Shown here: positions 39,701-48,700 of the stretch, in pieces | How positions within the stretch are numbered: the stretch's first letter is position 1 | Layout: each line of letters opens with the position of its first letter | Source: a candidate division FCPU426 bacterium | GTDB lineage: Bacteria; Oederibacteriota; JAAXVQ01; JAUVAV01 | Direction: 5' to 3' | Length of the DNA: 64,000 nt | NCBI GenBank assembly: GCA_040756875.1 | Contig: JBFLYH010000001.1 | Coordinates: forward strand, 736,001 to 800,000 | Program-made: the position numbers and the translations under genes | The notes under the pieces: generated by a model | Database searches by the model: none | What the model was told of the DNA's origin: nothing | The model's input: the letters and a program-made list of their open reading frames with translations, nothing else

Positions 39701-42700
39701 ATAGCCCGGCCACGGCCCGCGCGCGTTTTATCTTCAACGACCATACGCCCCTGGAATACGCCCACGTGGTGGAACACAAGGATTTCCTGGCCAAATACCC
39801 CCTGGCGCACGAGGTGGTGGATCTGCTTACGGACGCCCAGGGGCAGGTGCACATCACCAGCCTGATCGCCACCCTGGCGGAGAGCGTGTACGGCGTGGCC
39901 CGCCTGCACTGGCAAACCATGCGCAACATGCCGGCTTACCAGCGCGTGCGCGACAAGCTGCGCTACATCACCAACGGCGTCAACCTGGATTTCTGGCAGT
40001 GGGGCGGTTTCCGGAATTGGGAAAAACTGAGCGACGAGGATTTATTAAAGGAAAAAGACCGGGCGCGTTCCGCCATGCTCAACCTGCTGGCCGACCGGCT
40101 GGGCCGGGACGACGCCTGGAAAACCCAAATGGCGGGGAAGCGTATTTTCAACTGGACCCGCCGGGTCGTGCGTTACAAGCAGCTGTACCGCCTGCTGGAG
40201 ATGGTTCGCGATCCGGAGCTGCGCCGGCAATTCCTGGAAAGCGACGCCGTGATCCTGTTCGGCGGCCGGGTGCACCAGGACGATACGCCCAGCCAGCAGC
40301 TGGTGCAGGAGTTCCTGAATGAAATCCACGCCCATCCCGAACTCCGCGACCGCCTGATTTTTTACCCCAATTTCAACACCCTGGACATGCAAACCATCGC
40401 CGCGGGCGTGGACGGCACCATCATGGGCGCCAACGAAGGCCGCGAAGCCTCGGCCACGGGCTTCATGAAGGTCCTGGCCAGCGGCGGCATTGTCATCGGC
40501 TCTCCGGACGGCGCGGTCCCCGAGAATTGCGTTTTTCTGGGCGAAGCCCAGCAGTACGCCAACCAGGTGCCCGCCGAAGGCATGCAGTTCTCCGCTGATC
40601 CGGCGGGGGCCAATGCCGTCTTGCTGCCTTACGACACCATTGACCATGAAGACGGCGGGCGCCGCAGTTTCTCGCCCCAGGCCCTGGTTTCAGCCCTGGC
40701 CCTGGCCAGCAGGACGCTGGCCGACCCTCAGGCCCGCGTTGGCATGATGCGCCGCGCTCTGGCCGAATCTCCGCGCCTCAGCACCAAGCGCGTGGTCCGC
40801 GAAATGACGTCCCTGTTGCGGGAGCTCGAGCAGATCTCGGATTCCCGCCAGCAGGCCCTGGCTTCCGGCCGTTCCGAGGGGGCCGTCATCCTTCCAACCC
40901 TGTCGTATGACCGTCTGAAAAAATTCTTGAATTTTCCCGTCGGAAATTTTGTCTGGAAGACAGAAGAAAGCAAGCTGGTTCCCGTCAGCCGCCCTGCGGG
41001 CGTACCCGAGGGAACACTGCGCGCCTTGTGGCATGAATTCAACTCCCTGCGTTCCCTGGGCGCCCTGGACGAACCGGTGCTGCTTTTCAACGCCATGGGC
41101 AATCCTGAATACAATGCCCAGCCCGGCCAGTCCGGTGGGTATCTCCTGGGTTATTTACGCAAAGCCTGCTCTGAAAACGAGCACTTCAAATTCCTGCCCA
41201 AAGCCAGCCAAGACGAAGTCCTGGGCACCCTGGACCGTCTGAACGAACGTGTCAAGCAAGCCCGCGAGCAGGGCGACCGCAACGCCATCATTGAGGCCCA
41301 CTATGAAGCCATGGGCCTGGTGCAGGAATGGATTCAGGCGGAAGTGCCATTCTTGCATTTCGAATGGCTCCGGGACGGCATCAGGCATTACTATCTCAAT
41401 CCCATCACCAGCATGGGCGGTTTTTTCTTCCGGTTGCTGAAAATGCAGCCGGAATATTTCGCCACCCGCATTCCCGGCACCGATCAGACCAGGGGCGAGT
41501 ATATAACCGGCATCCTCCGCAGCCAGGAAAAGTGGATTAACGAATCTCTCGAAACTCTGATCTGGAGGAATGCCGCCGTTTATGCCGACGATCCCGCGCA
41601 GCTGGACCAGGCCGTGCAACGAATCCTGCAGGAAACGTTCGAGATCATGGGCCAGTCGACGTCCACCTTGGCAGGCCTGGTCGCGGAAATGCCCAAAGCC
41701 GAATGGAACACCCAGACCCTGAATACCCTCGCGGTCATCCAAAACGAAATGCAGCGCATCCAGACGCAAAATAATTATCTGCGGGACGTAACGCGCGTTC
41801 ATTTCGGCCCCGCCCTGCCCACCAGCGCTTTTTGGGCGGTGAGGCGCGCGCTGCAGCGTTTGGGCGACCGCGCGGCGGCCATCACAGTTGACCGGCAGGT
41901 CGAGCGTTTGCCCCTGCTCGTGGATCCGGACCGGTTCTCAGCCTCCCTGGAGCATTTATTGGCCCTGGCCCTTGAAAACAATGCCGGAAAAATCAAATTA
42001 AGCCTGGGGCAGGAAAACCACCATTTAGTCATCACCATCGAAGACAACGGTAGCCTGTACACCGCCGAGGCATTGCAGCAGGCCACGCACATACCCTTTC
42101 TTGCCACATCCCTTGTGCCGCGCAACAGCGGTCTGGAGTATTTGGAAGCGCGCCAAATGGCCGAAATGTACGGAGGCGAGCTGCAACTGTCGCAGCACGA
42201 TAAGACGTTCGTTTTCAGATTGACGCTGCCGCTGTTCACCGAAGCCGGGCAAATTGTCGAAGTGCCGGATACGCAGTTATGGAGCGCCTGGGTCCATCTG
42301 ACCACGAGCTTGGCCGGCGCCCAGAGCGAGGCGGAAATACAAAGCAGTCTCATGCAGGCCCTGGACGACTTTTTCGGCTTCCGCCGCGCCAATTTTTACC
42401 GCCTGAACCGGGCCCCGGAAGGCGACTGGCGGTACGTCAGCACCGGTCGTTACGGTCTGCTCGGCTTTTCGACCGCCTTGAACGAGCAGCCCTTTGAACG
42501 GCCGGACGAAAAATACCATCTCCTGCGCCGTTATGAACAATCCCGGCTCGAAGCCGACCAGGTGCAGGTCATCGGCAACCGGGTGGACGATCCACGCGCC
42601 AATCCCCGGCACATCCTCAAGGACATCTTCAAATACAAACTGTTCGACGCCACGATCCAGTGGCAATACCGTTTCTTCGGCTGGTTGAACAACGATTTCA

Positions 42701-45700
42701 TCGCCTCTCTCGTCGGCCAGCGGATCTCCCGCTGGATCCTGCGTTTTACCTCCACGGCCTGGATTCAAGACGTCAACCGCTCCGTCACGCTCCTGTTCGC
42801 GCCTCCGGGCGAATCCGCAACCAGCATGCTCTTTATCCTGCCGTCGCGCACCATCACGGCCGAAGAAGAGCAACTCCTGGGCCGCATCACCCGTTTGGCC
42901 GGACAGGCCTACCAGCGCCTGGGCCGTCAGCGCCTGTTGACCCAGAATTGGACGTCCCTGGCCGAACGTCAGCCCGCCCAGGACGAATTGAACGCCCTGC
43001 TGGAGCAGGGAAGGGTTCTTTTCCAGCAATACCGCAAGCAAATTCAGGGAGTGCTCAAACCGCTGGCCAAAGCCGGGGAAGAGCAGAAAGAAGTGGCCGC
43101 TCAACTTTCCACCTTCTCCGCCGAAACCGAAGAATTATTGGCCCGGTTTTTCAGCCGGGCGGATGTTTCGCCGCGGGTTCCGGTTCCCGAAACCCCCCTG
43201 GATACTACGGATCCAGAGGCCTTTCTGGAGGATTTCACCCTACGCATAAATAAAGCGCAAACCGCGGATGAAATCGCCGGCCTTTCGCGCCTGGCCATCG
43301 AGTTGCTCGACACCCTGGCTTGGCCGCAGGCCCAGCGCGATCACCTGATCGCAGTTTGTAACCAGTTGGTGCGCGCGTCCACGGAAAACCTCAGCAATCT
43401 GGAATTGTTGGCCTTGGAACAGCCCCTGGCCGCCCAATTGGACAAACTCGCGGCATTGCCGGCCGACACGCTGCCGCCCTTGCTGAAACGACGTTTGGCG
43501 CAGACGCGGGACACGCTCCAAAATTTCCACCAACGTTTGCGTCTCTTGCAAGGGCTCAATCCCGCCGTTTTCACGGCCTTCGACTACGTCAAACGCCTTT
43601 TTGCCGCCCGGAACGCCCCTGACGTCCTGGAAAGTCTGTTCGAGAGCGTGCTTAACAATACTCCCTTTGCGGGCCTGAATATCTATTCCGTGCGGCCGGA
43701 TGAACGCGGCGCCCTCTGGTACCGAAGCCTGCGGCGCAGCGGCATGTTCGGCCGTTCGGCTGCTCGCAATTGGCTCGCACTCTCCCCGCGCAGCGAAAAA
43801 ACCAGGGCTTTGTCCCTGGCCGAACAGGGTCCGATCGAAGAACGGGACTCCAGCGGCTCCCTCATTTACGAGCAAGGCCGCGGCCCGCAGGGTTTCGACT
43901 ATCTGTACATCGCCCAGCGGCACGAAGCGCCGTTCGTGGACCAACGCGAATTGCTGCGCGACGTCGTCCGTCACTCGGCTTTGCCGGCGCCAAGCTGGCT
44001 GCGCGCCTTTGGCGAGAACGTGGCCCTGGCGCTGCATCACGGCGTAGCGCGGTTCTTTGTACGCATGATCGTTTTTATCCGTCCCGCGGCGGTCAGGCGG
44101 GTGGACGAAATCTTGTACCTGCCCGTGCTGGACGCCCAGGAAAAACCGCAGGGATTGATGCTGCTCAACAATTGGCGCAATCGCCAGCCGTTATTCGCCG
44201 ATGACGCCCAGCGCGCCCAGTTCCTGCAAAGCCTCGCGCTGCTGCGTTTTCTGACCACCAGCCATCTGACCGCCCTGGACCACCAGCAATCCCTGCTGAC
44301 CTCGGTCGAGGAACTCCGTCTGGTGACGAGCGAGCTCAACGGAACCTTCCGCAGCGCGTTGTTCGGACGTTTATCCGGTTTGCAGCGGCTGTTGTCAGAA
44401 GGTGATTTTCTCCTCCAATTGCTGCCTCAGGCCAAAACCGCCGGATTGATTTCCAGTCGCCAGGCCAGAGTCACCCGGCGCTGGCTGAACCTGCTGCCCA
44501 AACTCCCCGGCCAGCTCGAACAGCTCCTCTCCAGAGTGGTGGAAATAAACGCCGTTGCGCGCGCTCAAACAGAGGCCGCCGGCGCCGAAGCCGAAGCCAG
44601 TCTGAACAAGCTGGAATCACGCACGGATTTGGAGCCGGATCGTCCTTTCGAAGGCGACGAGCAAACGGTATTGTCCGAATTCAACCAGCGGATGGCTTCG
44701 GCCCAATCCTCGGCCGAACTCGAACAGATCGCCATCGACTCCTTGCGCCAGGCGGGCAATAACCTCCTGCTGCGCGGCCTCATGCTGGTCCAATTGCGTC
44801 TGGCCTGGGAGCGCATCCTGCGACTGCAAGCGCTCCGCGCGGAACAGCAGGCGCTCCAAGAAGCGCTGCGCGCTCTCAGCGAAACATTCTCCAGCCTATT
44901 CGGGCAACTGGAAGAGGGCTATGCGGTTCTCGGCCAGCTTGGCCGGCTGGAAACGGACCGAGAAAAAATCCAGGCGGCCAGGCAGCAGCTGAGCGAATTG
45001 GCCGCGCTTTATCCGAACGTGCAGTTGTTCACCGCCAGCCTGAACCGGGTCCTGGCGACCCGGGCGCGGCTGCTGACCGAAACCGACGACCGCCTCCTGC
45101 CGGTCACGCTTCCCGGCAACCAATACTTGCTTCTCTCCGATGCGTTGACCTCCCGTCAGCCGGAACAGGAACTGCAACGCATTATTCGCTACGGATTATT
45201 CGGCCAGCTCCCCGAATACCGGCACCTCGAACTGGCGCAGGAACGCCGGGATTCCTGGCCCCGGTTTGCACTGGGGCTGACCGACACCCTGGGGCAGCTT
45301 CGGTCCGGTTTTTGGAAACACGCACGGCGTTTGCGGAGAGCATCGCCGTTCGGCGCATCGCTCCGGCTGGCGCAACTCCGGTCGTGGTCGGGCCTGATCC
45401 GCCAGGCTCAGCTCGACGGCCATGAACACCTGTTGGATTTCCTCGTTCTGCTCCTGCCCGAACCCGGAGTGGCCGTAACCCTGCCCGCTGCCCGGCAGCA
45501 GCTTTCTGCGCTGCTGGCGCGGGGCCTGGCGGAAAGGTACGCCCGCGAATCCGGCCGGCCCCTCAACCCGGATCTGGCGGTCAAAATCCTCCAGACCTAT
45601 CCCCGGATCGTATCGCACCTCCAGGGCGATCTAAGTTCCGGAGCCTTGCAGCGGATGCTCGAGCCTTTCCAGGCGGACGAACTCACCCTTCTGGCCCTGA

Positions 45701-48700
45701 TCACGCTCCTGGCCTTGAAAAACAGCGGTCTCGAAGGCGCCCTGACGCGCGAACGGGCCGCATTCCTCCTGGGACACCTGGGCAATTTGGAAGGCTATGT
45801 TCGCTGGCTGCGTACGGAGTTGGCATCGCCGCCTGACCAGCTGGCGGATCGGCGTCTGCATGCCTGGGCGTATCAGCCTGAATCGGGTCTGACTCCCGAA
45901 GAGAGCGGCGCCAAGCTCGACCGGATGCAGCAGGGCCTTCACCAGCGCATCCCCGAAGCCGAACGTCCTGATTTCGACCGCTGGCTGGCACAGGCGGACT
46001 TCAGCCGCGCGGCCTCCAATTTCATCCATCTCTCGGCTGACAACGCGGCCAAGTTGCTGGTCCTGCTCTGGCGGGTGCAGCAACTCGCGCCCACCGACCA
46101 AACCATTCTCGAGGCCGAAGGCCAAACCGGCCTGCTGGAGGCGGCCCTGCAAAACTTCGACGAAAAGGCCTGGGAGGCGCATTATCCGCGCCTTATTCAG
46201 GACTTGCAGGAAAAACAGAACGGGGAACTCAATCATCTCAAGTGGCAGATCAGCACCGAGGCGCCCAATGTGAGTCAATTGAGCGTGAACGTCGTGGGTC
46301 TGACGACCGGTCTCCGGCCTGCGCCAACCGAACCCCTGCGCAAACCCTCCCGCTTCGGCAAACGCGGCCGCAACTTGCTCTTCCTGATTTTGGCACTGAC
46401 CGCTGCAGCCGCCTGGCTGACCTTCTCGCCCGAGGCGAGTTGGGAAATCGCCGGCAAAGTCCCGGCCTGGGACTCGCTGGATCAAACCGCCCGCGCCGCC
46501 ATCGCGCCTTTCTTCGGCGGCCTGCTCCTGTCACCGGAAAACGCGGAACGCCTGCGACGTCTTTCCGGGAGAACGGCCCAGTCGCTGCAGAGGATCTGGA
46601 ACCAAATCCGCGGTTTGCGGTATACGCCCCTGGACTCCCTGCGTTTCGACCGGCGTCTGGAATCCGGCTCCATGTCGAACGTCTATCGCGTCGAATACCA
46701 AGGCCGGAAATGGGCGTTCATCCAAAACAAGCTTCTGGATGAGCGGGACCCCAATCGGCCGCAAGCCGGATATACAGCCGAGGCTTTGCGCGACCTGCAA
46801 TCCGGCATCGAGGACACTGTTAAAAATTATCGCCTCTACCAGGGCTTGAACTATCGCGGCCATGCCATCGCGCCGGAAATCGGGCCGCTGGTTATGGACC
46901 GCAATGGCATCGTGGTGGGGTACCTGAGCGAGGAAATACCCGGGAAGGATTTGGGGACCCTGGTTCGTTTCGGCGCCATCACCCCGGAACAGCTCGAAGC
47001 CGTTCTGGTGCAGTTGCGTGGTCAGCTGGACGTGCTGCACAAGCGCGGTTTGGTGCACGGCGACACGCGCCCTGAAAACGTACTCGTGGCCTTCACTCCC
47101 GAAGGCGAGCCCATCGCCCGCTTTATTGATTTCGATCCGGCACGCGGTCGCTGGACCGTCAAGGACGACCTTACGCTTTTTGAGGAACGGCTGGTCACTT
47201 TGACCCGCTTTGAACTGCAGCCTCAAAACGTCGCCCACATCCGGGAGCTGGTGGCGGATGAATTCGAACGGCAGCAATGGCTCGCGGACCGCGAAACAGC
47301 CTATCAGGAACTGCGGAAAGTCCGCCTGACCTGGCACCGGCTGATGGATCAACTGACCGACACGATCAACCAGGACGAACTGCAAAACCTGATGTGGGAC
47401 TTTCTCGGGCAATTCGATGCCTTGCCCAAGGAAAGCCGCTTGTGGACCCGATCCGACGTGGCACTGGCGAGGCAACGCTTGGCCGAATCTTTCCCGGCGT
47501 TTTTCGGGGAACTGAATCGCCTGCTGGACGAACCCCTGCGCACCTATCAGAACGACCTCCAGTCGGCCGTGACGAACCTTTTATCCACCTGGCTCACCTT
47601 GACCGGGCCGGAATTCGACGCCAAAGCCAGGGATATTGTGGCTCAAAAAGTCAAGCAACTGGCCGATTCATCCCAACTGCCGGCCACCATGCAGGTTTTC
47701 CGGCTGGTGCCGGCCTCCAATGCACCACGATCCATTTTAGGAACACTCTTCGTTAATGAAACGGGCATTATCCGCCTCGACCTCATCCCGGCACTGCTGA
47801 CCAGTTTGGCCAACTGGATACTGCGGCGGCCGAACGCCGAATGGACATGGCGCGTGCCGGACAGCGGCCAGGAAACGCCTTACAGTCGCATTTCGGCGTT
47901 TCGATTGAGCATTCTCGACCAAATGCGGCCCTTCTTGCGCACTTTGGGCCGGGTCAAACGCGCCTTCTACCCAGCCAGCGCCGGCGATGCCTCCACCCTC
48001 CTCCTGGTTGCGGATCCGGACCGGATGCTCCTGGTGGATAAGCTGCCGTTCGGAACCCCGGAGGATTTCGCACGGGTCGAATCCATGCGCGAAGCCTATT
48101 GGGCGGATAAAACGGGCGAAGGGAAGGAAGGCTGGTCGAAGACCAAACCCCTGGAAAATATAGGCGTCTTAATCGGGCCCCTGGTCTGGGACCTGCAAAT
48201 GATCGGCGCCCAGAACATCCGCGTCACGCGTTTCTCGCCCACGGAACACCGCATCCGTTTTGTCTGGGGCCGCACCCCCGAGGAAGCGCGGCCGCGTGAA
48301 ATCCTCTTCATCAGCAACTGCGATTTGGAATATCCTGAAAATTATCCACCTTCCTTGATCAGGTGGTTAAAAGCGAACTACGATTTCTACCTGCAAAAAA
48401 GCGGCGAAAAGCTTCATCGCCTGGACGCCATGGATTATCACCTCCGGTTCCTCAAGGATACCGGCCTGCTTTTATCCGACCTTCTGAACAGGGAAGTCAT
48501 GATCGACGAAAGTTATAAATCCGTACCCTGGCCTTTCAATCTGGAAGGATTTGGCATCGGTTATGGGGAACATAATTTCCTGCGCCAAAAGAACCCGCGT
48601 TACATCATTCGTTTGACCAACCAGGTCAGGACGAACGAGGCCGGTTTCACCACGCCGGAGACGGCTGCCGCGCTCTCCGCCCTGGTCGGGCTGGGCCTGC

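Noticed and set aside
32005-39915. Long minus-strand ORFs (684, 605 and 479 aa) within the giant gene
   Set aside because: Antisense shadows with no domain motifs; the sense frame has clear enzyme motifs.
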